Of a stretch of 64,000 nucleotides of DNA, positions 39,127 to 52,395 are shown one piece after another. Position 1 is the first letter of the stretch. Each line of letters opens with the position of its first letter. Under the pieces are notes generated by a model. The model ran no database searches, was not told where the DNA came from, and saw only the letters and a list, made by a program, of their open reading frames with translations. Both the position numbers and the translations under genes were made by a program. The stretch is from Botryllus schlosseri (Eukaryota), in contig CM119371.1 in NCBI GenBank assembly GCA_051294905.1, positions 17,484,001 to 17,548,000 on the forward strand. The letters run 5' to 3'.

Positions 39127-40263
39127 CAGGGGTGGGCAAACTACGGCCCGCAGGCCGCATGCGGCCCGCAACACCGTTCTGTGCGGCCCCCGAGAGTCTA
39201 AAGAAACTTTTTAAAAATATTAATGAAATGCGTACTAAAAATCGAATTAATGCAGGGACTTGATTAACTTTTTCTCAGTATATTTCACCATGATAATTCT
39301 AAGACAGTGATTCTCAAACTGGTGACTGTCACCCTCCCCCCCTTGGGGGCGTGAAAGCATCTGAAGGGGGCGCGAAGCTGAGCTCAACTGAAAAAATCTT
39401 TCGCGCTAGGCGTGATTTTCATCCAATGCATACTTATTGCTCTGTATTTAGTCTGAATTGCATATTTAATAAAGCTCTCATGCACAGTCGTAACCTTCCA
39501 TGCCAACAGACTACCCGTTAGGTTTGCTAGTATCCTGGTTGCATTTTGTGATATGACGACATGGGGGCGCGCAATCTTTCACCATCGTACTGGTGGGGTG
39601 GGGTGAAGGGCTTGTCTTAAAAAGTTTGAGAGCCACCGATCTAAGGTAAATACTTGATATCAAAGCGGGATAGCTGCAACGAGATTGACATAATTTGGAT
39701 CACGAGGGGGATTTCAAATTGGCCACTCCATTTTTAATTATTTCAGTGATGTGCTTATAAAACGATTCGGGCGTGTCTTTGGTAGATTCGTTGTCTGTAT
39801 GCGTAGAATTGGGGTATTTATATTTTATTTACACATAGTAGAAGCGTGTTTGAAGCTGACATGGTTATAAACTTATAATGCTGTCAGCATTGTGTGTCCT
39901 GGAACTGAACCGAAAGTGAAATCAGTAAATCTATGAGCAGATCACTGCTGACAGATTTAAATTTCAATCCTGTTCTTAGAATCGGGCCAACCGTCTTTCA
40001 TCTCTATAGTTTTGACAAATTGGTTATTGAGGTCCGCCAGCGTATGAAATCTCGCCACTATATGTTTCTGACGATTGTACGATATCATCAAAGCATTGTT
40101 TGGCTTGTTTTATATAAGCACATATATTATTTCCAAGTCGTCGCTATATAATCAAATATCAATATTTCGTTTTGGTTTATAATCCCAATTTTATATAGTG
40201 CGGCCCACGAATGGATTCAGATGTTGAATGCGGCCCGCGAGCTCAAAAGTTTGCCCACCCCTG
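39127..40263. mobile_element. Composite hAT MITE (outer CAGGGGTGGGCAAAC; inner MITE 39305-39638)
   Basis: Outer perfect TSD agttaata; inner TSD ttctaaga / atctaagg. Confidence 0.9.
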
Positions 40264-40339
40264 AGTTAATATGTATGTAATGTTTGTTAAATTCATTGCA
40301 AAAAATCCTGCGATAGTTTTTACCTATCCAAAGTCACTG

Positions 40340-40690
40340 TGTTGGGTACTGTAGCCAATAAGCGAGACACGCAGAAAGTATCATTCATGATGATATTTGC
40401 CTGACTGGTTCTCTGGACGACATGTTCGAAGACCGTTGGGACAAACTAGTGTAGGTAGGGATGAGCAACGAACGAGTTCAAGCCTATGAGACTCATTCAT
40501 TTCGAGGCCAACCACTTCTGCGTCGGGGCACATGAAGACGTAAAGTTTTGGCCCACATTCCGCTGATAAATATACAGACAGCCACGAATTCTTGGCTAGA
40601 ACATGATCAATGCTGTATGGTCAAACTTTTCGATATGGATATGCTCCGTTGTGGGCACGGAATAGTATAGTTTTTGCAATCTGAGTAGAC
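40340..40690 (-). pseudogene. Possible degenerate L1/Tx1 ORF2 C-terminal cysteine-rich region
   Basis: Minus frame ILFRAHNGAYPYRKV*...AECGPKLYVFMCPDAEVV loosely fits zf-RVT spacing; weak. Confidence 0.3.
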
Positions 40691-41104
40691 ATTAGTTACG
40701 GTAGTACAACTGCTACACACAGGAATTTAATTCACCATGATTTGAAATCGCTTGCGTCATACATGTTTTGTAGAGCTGTGTTGTGTATAGACTTGTGGTG
40801 TGCGCGTTCTGTATGTCATACATGACCGTAAAATCGCAGCATACAACTGTGATATTAAAAAATGAATTCATTTACATGGGGAGGCTCGGGTCGCTAGTTG
40901 CTATGAAAACTTAGATTTTCGAGGTAGTCTAAAAAGCTGATTTATCGAATGAAACTGTTATGAATTCTCAAGTGAGATTAGGCTAAAGAGCAGAACATTC
41001 TGTATCGTGAGATTATTTGCTCTTTTCATTTACTCGCGAGAAAGAAAATGGGAAATGGAAAAAAACATAGCACAGTTTGGAGCCATGCATTATGGGGTAG
41101 CCAG

Positions 41105-43175
41105 TAGGGATTGTGTGAACCTCTGAAAGGTTAAGGTTCGTGTGAATGCGAACCTTTTAAAAAGGTTCACGTCCCGTGACGTCATATTGCTAATTCAAAC
41201 CAACCAATTTCAGTGATGTTATAGCCCGGAGGTATCAAACACGCAGCCCGCGGACCGCATGCAGCCCGTCAGAGCATTTTGTGCGGCCCGCGACGACATT
41301 TTCGATTTCTAATACTTTGACAATGTATAGGCCTAATTGTCGAATATATCTTTTCAGGTTATAAAGTCAAAATTCCCTCTTAAATTGCCCCGAAAGACTG
41401 AAACTATTCATCAAACTTCACTATCACATCAATTGCAAATGCTACCATGCAGTGGAAGGTTCACTATTTCGCCACATTTCCAGTTCAAGAAGACAAAACC
41501 TGACCCTTAAACCATTCCTGACTGAAATTTGAGAGTTGGACTTGGACGCGACCTTTCTTGGACTTACTCAGACTCGGGCTAACTCGATGGCAAAATGAAA
41601 ATGACTCGAGTGGACTCGGAGTGACTCGGAATGCCGTGAATTTGTTAGAACCATGGACGCAACAAACTAATCGCGTATCAGGGGAATAGTAATAGATCAG
41701 AAGGTCGCACCTAGGTATTTCTTTAACTAAGCAAGTAGTTTTGGTAAACACTGGCAATCGGTCAGTTACATCTTTGGTTGCTAAACCATGTTATTAAGGG
41801 CACTTACAAGTACCGAGTACCGTAGTTGTACGCTCCAACGATGTAACAACAATGGCCCGTTCGGCGTCCCGACATTTCAATCACTAGGACACATTCATTA
41901 ATATATTTATATTATATTTATATTTGTTTCTGCTCCTATATTTGAAGATATTTGGCCACGAGATTATTAGCCTACTTATCAGAAGTATACCAGAATCCTG
42001 GATTGGAATTACAATGCCCAACCTAAAAATGTTTTGATATCAAATCAGTCTCTATTATCAATCTGTTAAATTCAAAATATTCATAGTAGCTGCAAAATTA
42101 TAACCTGTTAGCTTTTATGATGGCATCATACATTTGTCCGCCCATATTGTGGCTATATCTTATAATCAAGTATATATATATCAAGTACAACAACAATTCT
42201 ATTCAAATAGTTATAAATGTGACGATTCTTTTCGTGCCACGCTTGAATTTATACAAGAGTAAATCACATTTGACGATACTGTCAGTCTGTTGGATCGGCT
42301 CACTTTCAATAGAACGATTCATTCCCGCCAAATAAGGCCTACTTGAAAAGATATAGAATATCCCTATAAATGCTGCGGCCCGCGGCGTCGTCAAAACTGG
42401 AAAACTGGCCCGCGAGCACATTTGTGTTTGAGACCTCTGTTATAGCCTATATTAATGTACCGTACCTACACGATACCTAAAGCGACGACTCGAGCCACAT
42501 AATGCCACAATGCTGACGTTTTAAACTTAGCCCAGTATATCAATTGGGGCAATCAAATGATAATTATTCCTATAAAATAAATATCTTCCGTCGCTTTGCC
42601 AAAAATTTCAATGAGAGATTGATGAGCTTTCGCCATAACGGCCTAGTCCAGACCTGACAATGTATTCGGCGTCTGAGTATTGCTATATGTTGATACTGAG
42701 TAGACATTAAAACGGGTTTCTATACTTGCTACCGATACTACCCCATTCACAAGTTATACAGCAGCAGCCAACACCCCAATTCAACGGATTACGTTTTTCT
42801 GATATAATAAACATATGAAATCTAGATTGACCCCGTTCGACTGCCAGACAACGATATCAATTTCATTGATTGGTTGAATAAGCATCATTAGCTAACTACC
42901 TACATGTAGTGATTGCGGGTCAAGCTGACAGCAGACAGTCACTAAATATACGAGCAAACTTTTTTAACAAAGAAAGTAATTTTTTTAGATTGTCAAGGTG
43001 CATGCTCGTTTCAAAGTGTTGATACTTATGCTGCCAGCGCCTTGCATATTGTGGCCCGCAGTTGAAATGTAATAAATTCAAGCTAAAAGTGTTATAATGA
43101 AGTGAAAATTGTAATATATGAAATAAGTTCACAGTGCAGAACCTACCAAGGTTCCTTTGTGAACGTGAACCTCTA
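41105..43175. mobile_element. TAGGGATGGTGTGAAC-family element with nested MITE 41227-42439
   Basis: Host sequence resumes on both sides of the nested element; nested TSD ttatagcc is perfect. Confidence 0.9.
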
Positions 43176-43468
43176 GAACAGCGGTTCTCAACCTTTTTTG
43201 ACACGCGCCCCCCTTGGCGATGGTCAAAAACATCGCGCCCCCTGACCCCCCCCCCCTTGCATTTATCGTCATGTCAAAAAGAGCACTTCATCTAATACAG
43301 AGGTGGACAAACTTCTTGCTAATCATGGCCGCATTTCGATTACTTATGTAGCCTAAGGCCGCATTCCAGGGCATAGCCGCAATGAACGATCTGGACGCAA
43401 AATACCTATATAAAACTGTCCATATCCATTCCCGGTGAACTCCGGGGTTCTATACCAATACCGAGAAA

Positions 43469-43985
43469 ACCATTACCGAGAACGGACATTACCGAGAACG
43501 CTATTACCGAGAATGGACATTACAGAGAATGGACACCACAGAGAATGGACATTACCGAGAATTGACACCACAGAGAATGGACACAACCGAGAATTGACAC
43601 CACAGAGAATGGACATTACCGAGAGTTGACACCACCGAGAACGGACATTACCGAGAATTGACACCACAGAGAATGGACATTACCGAGAATTGACACCACC
43701 GAGAATGGACATTACCGAGAATTGACACTACAGAGAATGGACATTACCGAGAATTGACACCACCGAGAATGGACATTACCGAGAATTGGCACCACCGAGA
43801 ATGGACATTACCGAGAATTGACACAACAGAGAATGGACATTACCGATAATTGACACCACCGAGAATGGACATTACCGAGAATGGACACCACCGAGAATGG
43901 TCATTACCGAGAATATGGACAATACCGAGAACGGACATTACCGAGAATGGACACTACCGAGAATGGACATTACCGAGAATTGCCA
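43469..43985 (+). repeat. 16-bp-period minisatellite (accgagaatggacatt / accgagaattgacacc) within a dispersed element; inverted copies about 48160-48420 and 57408-57650
   Basis: Direct reading of tandem units; adjacent unique sequence (gataccgaatgtggc) shared with the 57.5 kb copy. Confidence 0.9.
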
Positions 43986-46900
43986 ATGTCGAGAATCTAA
44001 CTTACTGAGACGAACGTTGTAGGGAAAATTATACCTGAGAATTGATACCGAATGTGGCGACGCCATGATGCACATACACGCGATCTGTACTTACATATGC
44101 ATGACATGCCTGCATGACTGCATGCATAAATTGTACACGTGAACTTATAGTCCTAAAGCATGTGATCATCGATCAATAGGGTTGGTTTTAAAGCGGTTTT
44201 ACAATATCAGCTGATTGTCTACAATGTTTCCGATTCGTGTACCAACCATGACATACGAATTAGCCTACTTCGCTTCACTGATACGGAAATCTGTAGCATC
44301 CAGCTGTCATGAATATCTCAAAAGAGTGTAATATGGTTGAAATCTAGAAGGCATCAACTCTCACAGAGCTCGCAAAGGGAGTAACAAATATGCTGGCAAA
44401 TCATGGTCTACATTTTTCATTTGCGGCATGGGCCTACTCATTTTCAGTAGACGGTTAGACATTCTACACATTGGTCAACATATATGTTTAGGCTGACGCG
44501 ATAATTCATATGTTTAGGCTGACGCGATAATTCGGGAATAGAGTGTATCAAGTAGACAAGAATTAATATTGGTAGCAGATGATTACTATGGAGAAAGTGC
44601 GTATTCAATCAGTAGTGACCGTCACGAAAATCTGGCTCACGATGTATTGTAAGAGAACGTGTCTTGTGGTGATTTTGGGCGCAAACACAATTTAATGTAG
44701 GGCGAAGATAATAAAGCTGGGTTGATTAAAAAGTCTATTATCGCGTTCATCAGGATTTAACAACACAAGATAAAGAAACTTCGTTGATCGCTGCGTATAC
44801 AATTGATCGAGTTACATTTTTCATCTAAAGCAGTTAGCAAACCTAGACAAACTGTACACTGCGTAATATTCCTACGCAGAAATATATTCGATTATGAACG
44901 TGACGATTGTGATTCCTAGGTAATGGCTTCGCTCAACAATCGGACAATCAACGAATTATGCACTTACCTTTGTAATGCAATATATCATATCTATATTCAA
45001 TGATACGCTGCGTCGCTATACCGTACTAATTGGACCCGAATTTCATTTCGCGATGATGATAATTCTACCTGTTACAATCGCAGAATAGTTTGTCAGTAGG
45101 CTGCCGTTTTACTCAGCAACCTGACAACTGACAGCCAACCATTACGCTATCTTGCATGTAGTCACGCTATATTTCCTTGTCGCTCCTTTCCTACTGTTTT
45201 AAAGCTTCTACGGCTAGCAAAAACAAGAGACTGAGAAGTTCTGAATTTACTGTAAGCCCAGAAACTCCAAAATTATAAGCAATCATGTTCCAGGTTATTT
45301 GCATTTTATTACTTGTCTGTGGCATGCTAAAATGAAACATCCAGAGGATAAATAGGTACAGCGGTGATCACCAACACAGACTTGGCGTTTCTTCGTCAGA
45401 AAGGATGCTAAATATGTGGTGATCGCTATTATCTATTTATTCACTTAGATTGTATGCCACTCTTGACAGAAAATCTGTAGTCATGTCGGTTGACCACGCT
45501 GGATCACAAAGCCGCTTCAATATCGCTAATGTCGACGTATTTTTTCTTTCTTTTAGGCGTTGCCTGGCCTGTGGAAGTTTGTAACAGCTGCACTCGATTT
45601 TGCATGACATCCATCCTTCAAAAATATATGTATATTCAAGTTGAAACCAAGTACACATATACATCTTCTATTATTTATACTCACTTGATACACTCTAAAA
45701 ATTTCCAAATGGTTACGTGACATCCCCCAACTGGAACGCGGAAGCCGTGATGCCAGCCTTCAACAGAAATGTTGGTTCGGCGCATGCCACCGATGGTACA
45801 TTGTCGCACATTCCAAATGCTGGGTGGGAACAGCGGCCGCCTATTACTGCGTTGTTGATCATTCGTGATACCTAAGGCAGAAACAATAATGAGTTAAATA
45901 CTTCATATATTCGCGAAGCAGATCCGTACTATCAATGTTTGATATAATGTGATAATGAAAAGACGTTATTCATGGACAATTCGCAAAAGTGTCATCAATC
46001 TTCAGGGGTGAATCAAAAGGGGGAGAGGTGTGCTTTTTTGCAATCAGGCAATGTTTTAAATTGTAGTAGATTAATCGGGTTAAATCTATGTACGTTAGTA
46101 CGTACAAATGCCAGTTCGCGTTTACGTCTCTACACGCATAAACATATGCCAGTTAAGTTATATATTAAAATATAGAGTTAGATGGATTATTTTATTCAAT
46201 TCAGTAGGCTGATATGTGAATAATGACTTGGTCACAAAGCGGCGAAAGCGAATCGCAAACAAATTTCGGCGCCGCTATTGATGACTTGTGCGAATCGATT
46301 AGTCTTGTTGGTATATAAACGCATCGCAGACATAATCTAGTCTGACGGGTGATAATTATAAAGATTTAGGTGGTTAAGATAGAACAACAAGGTCGTGAAG
46401 ATACAATAATAACAATATGAACATCGTTAGAGTAGTCTTCGACTCTACCCCATAGTTTTAGACATCTCAACACACCAAAAATGCTATACTATCTTACACT
46501 GATTCAAACCTGATGATGCAATACAAAATATTCCAGATCAGCAAGAATTTCAATGTGGCCAATCCAATCCGCAACAGTAAAAAAGATTGCATCTGTTAAT
46601 ATAGCCTACCTATATATGTATCCCAGAAATAATTAGCCAAACCCCCGAAAACGGTTGATCACTACTCTTTATGCATTCGGTTCACAAACGGTATTGCGCG
46701 ATTCACGAACGAGCCGAAATAGCAAACAGGAAACTCAAAATTATTAGTGAATTTGTTGGAACGTGTTTCGCGGTCTCGAAAAATTGTCTCGCGGACCGCA
46801 GTTTGAGCACCACTGGTCTGGCTAGACGTGAATACATTTCCCATAAAACGATAATTAAATAACATCATACCTTTGAACCATTTCTTTTGCCTCTACTAGG

Positions 46901-49479
46901 CCAAACGTAGCACAGTGATTGTGTTCTTGAGATTGCTTCAGAACGATTGGTGGCTCTGATCCTTCAAGGACTTTCAATGAACACCGACATTTTTTTCTGT
47001 CATAATGCGTGCATATCCAGTACGCGAAGTACCATTCGAAACTTTCATTCTCCTAAATACGAACTCGCCAACAGCGATTAACTTATTTCCTCAAGTCGAA
47101 GTAATGTATTTTGCTAACACATTAGGTCCTGATTGTTCTGCCATTTCGTCGTCCACCTCTCTTAGCTAACCAACACCTGTCATGACTTTTAGTCGTAAAG
47201 CATGTGATTTACCGATACGGTTGGTTTTAAATCAGCTGATTGTCTCGAACACTCCACATTGGTGTGGTGATGATTCCAACTACGGCATAACATTGAATAA
47301 TTTCGCTTCACTGGCGCACAAATCTGTAACAACCTGCTGTGATTCTAATCTTAAAAGAGCATAATATGATTAGGAGCCACTAAAGAAACTATGGTTCGAT
47401 AAGGAATTCCGTCGCTTCTCTGGCATGGATACCTCTAATAACCCATCAACCTGCTGTGATTCGTAGGCCTATCTCAATTCGTTTTATCTGCTTGAAAGCG
47501 AAAAGGCAAACTATGACATAATAGTTTTCTTCAAAGGAACGGATATCTGTAATACTAGCGGAACTCATCGAGCTGCTGTGATTGGTATGAAGCAAGAAGG
47601 CATCAATTCTTTCAAATCTCGAAAAGGGGATAAACAAGTATCTAGGCGGATCATGGCCTACATTTTCGGTTGATGCAGCTTAGCCATTTTCAGTAAACGG
47701 TTGGCTTTAGGCTACTAGTAATATCCTCTCAATAATGTTTACTTTGCCCGACTTAGAAAGCCTTATAAGGCTATTCTGCACCTTCCCCTTCCAGCAGCAC
47801 ATTGTTATTATTAATTGTTAATTGTTGAGAAGGAAACAATGCGACGCTTATCACTTTATCGGTGGCAGAAAGTAGTACGAGACATTTTACAGTAAACGGG
47901 TTAGATTACCACATTTCTGTCCAGTCTCATATGTGCACAATGCCTATAATGCACGCATGTTATGCACATTGCACATTGAACAAACACAAATCGTATGTAC
48001 ATCACTCTCTAATTTTTCACGAGGCTGCGCGCACTCCCCAACTCACTGCGCGGTCCCTTGGACAACAGCGCGTAACAACTATAAATAACATTGATCCCAA
48101 CGTCCTGATATTAGGTATTTTCTGGTTTAGATTTCACGACATTCTTCATATTCGGAAATATACATTCTCGGTAATGGCCATTCTCGGTGGTGTCCATTCT
48201 CTGTAATGTCCATTCTCGCTATTGTCCATATTCTCGGTAATGACCATTCTCGGTGGTGTCCATTCTCGGTAATTCCATTCTCTGTGGTGTCAATATTCTC
48301 GGTAATGTCCATTCTCTGTAGTGTCCATTCTCGGTGGTGTTCATCCTCGGTAACGCCTATTCTCGGTAATGTCCATTCTCGGTAATGTCCATTCTCGGTA
48401 ATGTCCATTCTCTGTGGACTATTCTACTTTTCACAACGGCCTATTGCACCCACCGAAATCGCGAGTGGCAATGCTATGAATAGTTCCTGGGAGTGCATAT
48501 TGCCGCGCGGAGCGCGAACATTTTTCAGAACCGCGAATGAATTGTTATTTCTTGACGATTCCCATTCCGGCACAGATTAAGACGGGCGCTACTGCATTAA
48601 AATCGAAAAAACCTTATTTCCCAAGACATACGGCATAAGATATTTGTGTCAGCTCTCAAATACGATTTCTGCCAGCATGCAGTATTCACTCGCGACAAAT
48701 GCGCTGTATTTTTGATGGGAGTGCAGAACATATTTCAAGACCAGGCCATCCAAGCACTAGAATAGACGGACTTGCACAAACCCCAACAGTTTGTTTGGCA
48801 GTGAACGGTTTTAGTGAAATAGTTGAAATCAAAATGAGCGAGAAAAGTTGCCTTTTTAATGAGACGCTGGATGGCTTAGTTTGTGCGAATGAAATTTATT
48901 TTTTCAAAAAAAGTGCGAACTGAGCTCAAAAGGGTTGAAAAGCACCGATCTAGGCTACATCGAAGATCTCTTGGTATAAACTAAATAACTCACGGATCGG
49001 TTAATTTGTTTCGTCGGCGCTATTTTTATTCTATACATAGTTTCACACAAAGTTCTCTTCGGCGTTTCATCAAATATTTTCAACGTTTCAGGTGCAGGTA
49101 GTTGATTTGTGTGGAAACGAAATCTCAGCGGCAGAACTAAGATCACTTCTTGGACATCATCGGATTGAATCGCTATCTGGAAAATTGGATTGGAAAGTAA
49201 GTTTGATTCTATGATTTAGATGTGTACTAACAAGTATAGGTAAGGTATGCTGCAACTTGTGACGCTACAGTCGATCGTGATCGGTGACGTCATAGTATCA
49301 TGAGAACGCATTCTCAAAGGGGACTCGAAACAAGTCAAGTCACTAGTTTTTGGAGGTGACTCGAGTCGAGTCAAGTCGAGTCAAGTCGAGTCAAGTCGAG
49401 TCAGGTCGAGTCAAGTCGAGTCAAGTCGAGAGTAGTAGTTACGATCGCTCGCGATTCGTAATGGGGTTCTTATGGGTGC

Positions 49480-49835
49480 ACCCGACCGGTGCCGCGAAAA
49501 CTCGTCCTGAACCGGTGACCCTTTCAGACCCCCCTTCCACCCGACCGGTGCCTGGGTTGGTATAGGCATCTCTCGACCGGTAACCCTTTTCGGTATAGGG
49601 ATCACTCAACCGGTGCCTCGAAACTCGTCTTGAACCGGTAACCCTTTTCGGTATAGGGATCACTCAACCGGTGCCTCGAAACTCGTCTTGAACCGGTAAC
49701 CCTTTTCGGTATAGGGATCACTCAACCGGTGCCTCGAAACTCGTGTTGAACCGGTGACCCTTTTCGGTATAGGGATCACTCAACCGGTGTAGTAGTGGTA
49801 ATTCGTACTTTCGGGTATATGCATCTCTCGACCGG
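49480..49835. repeat. 58-bp minisatellite with two ACCGGT palindromes per unit
   Basis: About 3.7 near-identical units (ccggtgcctcgaaactcgtcttgaaccggtaacccttttcggtatagggatcactcaa) plus degenerate flanking units. Confidence 0.9.
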
Positions 49836-51049
49836 TGTTGAATATGTATCTTGTATGGTAAATAGTGACGTGATTGACTCTTAGTTAATGTGTATACCTC
49901 AAATTATTATATATGTCCGATTCGAGTTAATCCCAACGTTTGCGGTGAATGCGACTTCGATATATCGTTATTCTTATGGGCGCGGCGATGATTGGTACTT
50001 TCGTTGATAGAATGCTAGCGGCATGTCGTACTTTCACCGAAAAGGGTGTGAAATAGTTTGCTAAATCTAGGAATCAGTCGCTTGGTAATTAGTTTACCAC
50101 GGAGCCGGCGTAGACGGCGATTCCAATACCCACAATAGCCGCGTTCACATATTAACACTCCAAATAGGTGTGAAATAGTTTGCAAACCCTGCGATCGCTG
50201 ACAAGATAATGTCTCAGACATACGCGACTTGATGTTACAGGCATATCGATCGCTCACGCGGTGAAATTTTCGTAAGCAGTTTGTCACAGAACTTGATTTC
50301 ACTCGTAAAGATTTAATAAGTAACGAATAACAGACCGCCAGTGTCAGTGCCAGTGTCGGAGTATTTGGTTGTATTAAAGGCTATATAGAGTACGCCTACA
50401 ACCAATGAACGAACGAATAAAGCTGCAACGACGACGACAACGACCGCCGACTGACCGCCGACCGACCGCCGACCGCTGCCAGCTGCCGCCGACCGCCGAC
50501 CACCGCCGATCCGCCGCCAGCTACTGCCTACTGCCGACCGCCGACCACCTCCGCCAGCTACTACCTGCCGCCGACCGCCGACCGCCGCCAGCTGCTGCCT
50601 GCCGCCGACCGCCGACCACCAGCGGCCGCCGCCAGCTGCTGCCTGCCGCCGACCACCGCCGACCGCTGCCAGCTACTACCTGCCGCCGACCGCCGCCAGC
50701 TACAGCCTGCCGCCGACTGCCGACTGATCGTTGCAAACCGCTACCAAACTCAAAAAGGAACCGACGGTTTTGGAGTATACTCCAAACCAAAGTCCTAAAG
50801 ACAAACAAAGAACCGCGAAGAGGACGCTATATGTCATACCAAACAGTAAGACTCAGCCTTTCTACAAACTACTCTTTACTGTTAAATACCTCGGAACTAG
50901 CCTTAACCTATAGACAAGGGGACAAGACCTCCTCTTACGCGCGCATCCTGCGGACAAGAACTCCGCAGGCAAATCTACTTCTCGCGGACTGACACTCCGC
51001 AGAAGACTGTCACTTCACCCAAGCGGACTGACAACCCGCAGAAACAAAT

Positions 51050-52331
51050 ATGGCATATTCAAATAACGACAGACCAAGATCTCTCGATGCAAACGTCCCA
51101 CAAGGGATCGTCACATCTGGAATTTACAACGCCATAATGGACTTCGAAGCCCTCAAACACCTAATAGGAAACATAGAATCAATTTATCAAATCGGAGCAA
51201 CTACATATAACATTACAATATTCGACACACCAGAAATGCAAAAAAATTAAAGAGGAAATCATACATGCAACCAGGAATGGGATACCAACAACGCACGGAC
51301 CAATTGAAATCGAAAGTGCACAAGAACCGTACAAAACGATAAACATTCGAGCGGTCCCCACAGAGACGACAGACAACGAAATAAAACAAGAATTGGAAAA
51401 ACGCAACTGCGGAACTGTAATCAAGATAATCAGAATAATGCACAGAGGAACAAAGGTCCATAACGGGTACCGACGAGTGCTCATAAAAAAATATAAACAA
51501 GGAAAACTGCCACCCTTCCTACATTTCAGAAGCCTTACATGCAAGGTATTTCTTCCACCCGAGGAATATACCCCAGTATGCAACCACTGCCTGCAAAGTG
51601 GACACACTGCCAGGCAATGCCAACAAGACGACACTGTCTGCCTGGAGTGTAGACAACCAGGACACCGACGGATAAACTGTCCCGTCCTAAAAGAGAAATA
51701 CCCAACCCCTCAGGAGGTTGCTGAAAACACTCAACAAAATAACGAACTAAATGAAGAAACCAACGAACAAAACGAAGAAAATACCATGCAAATTGAAGAA
51801 AATAATGAAATAGACGAAAAAATAAACGCAACTGAAAAAACTCCAGAAGGAGAAGTAGAAGCAAATGAACAACCAGAGGAAAATACGGAAGAAATCCTCC
51901 CCGAACTCACCGAAAGCTCTTCTGACGAAAACTCTTCTGAAGAAAGCTCTTCTGACGAATCTGAAAACAAAACCGACCTCTTCGACCTATCAAATGACAA
52001 AAGACCCTCCCTCACAGAGGGAATTGATAGATCCCCAAAGGAGAAGACGTCATCCCAAATAATAGATCAAACCCAGGAAGAAAACCATGACTCACTGGAA
52101 CTCCCCCCCCTAGCCCCTCCCAGGAATAAACAAAGCAGACAACGGGCCCAAGGCGTCTCAAACGCCCTCAAAGATGACACAGAACACTACATCGAACCAC
52201 TCGAAAACTTGACGCTCAGCCCTATAACAGCAAGGCAGAAAAATAAGGAAAATGCACCAAAAAGACCCCACCACAGCAGTTCAGAAGAAGGAAAACCCGA
52301 GGAAAAACGACTAAACACCGAAAATAGCTGA
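51050..52331 (+). CDS. LINE ORF1 (gag-like; two CX2CX4HX4C knuckles, acidic low-complexity tail), one +1 frameshift in the A7 run at 51240-51246
   Basis: MAYSNNDRPRSL...EMQ joins KIKEEIIHATRNG...CNHCLQSGHTARQC...CLECRQPGHRRINC if one A is removed. Confidence 0.9.
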
Positions 52332-52395
52332 AAAAATACGGAAAAAAACGAGAGAAAAACTGAAAAAAAAAAATCTTCCAACAATCCCTTTTAAA

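Noticed and set aside
43435-43667. Repetitive ORFs (MDITENGHHREWTLPR) here and at 48127-48408
   Set aside because: Translation of a 16-bp minisatellite whose period is not a multiple of 3; open on both strands by chance
49480-49835. CRISPR-like regularly spaced palindromes
   Set aside because: The intervening sequences are themselves identical repeats, not unique spacers; eukaryotic context and no cas genes
50405-50992. 195-aa Pro/Arg/Ala-rich ORF and its antisense ORF
   Set aside because: Produced by the stop-poor GC repeat in the LINE 5' UTR; no domain features
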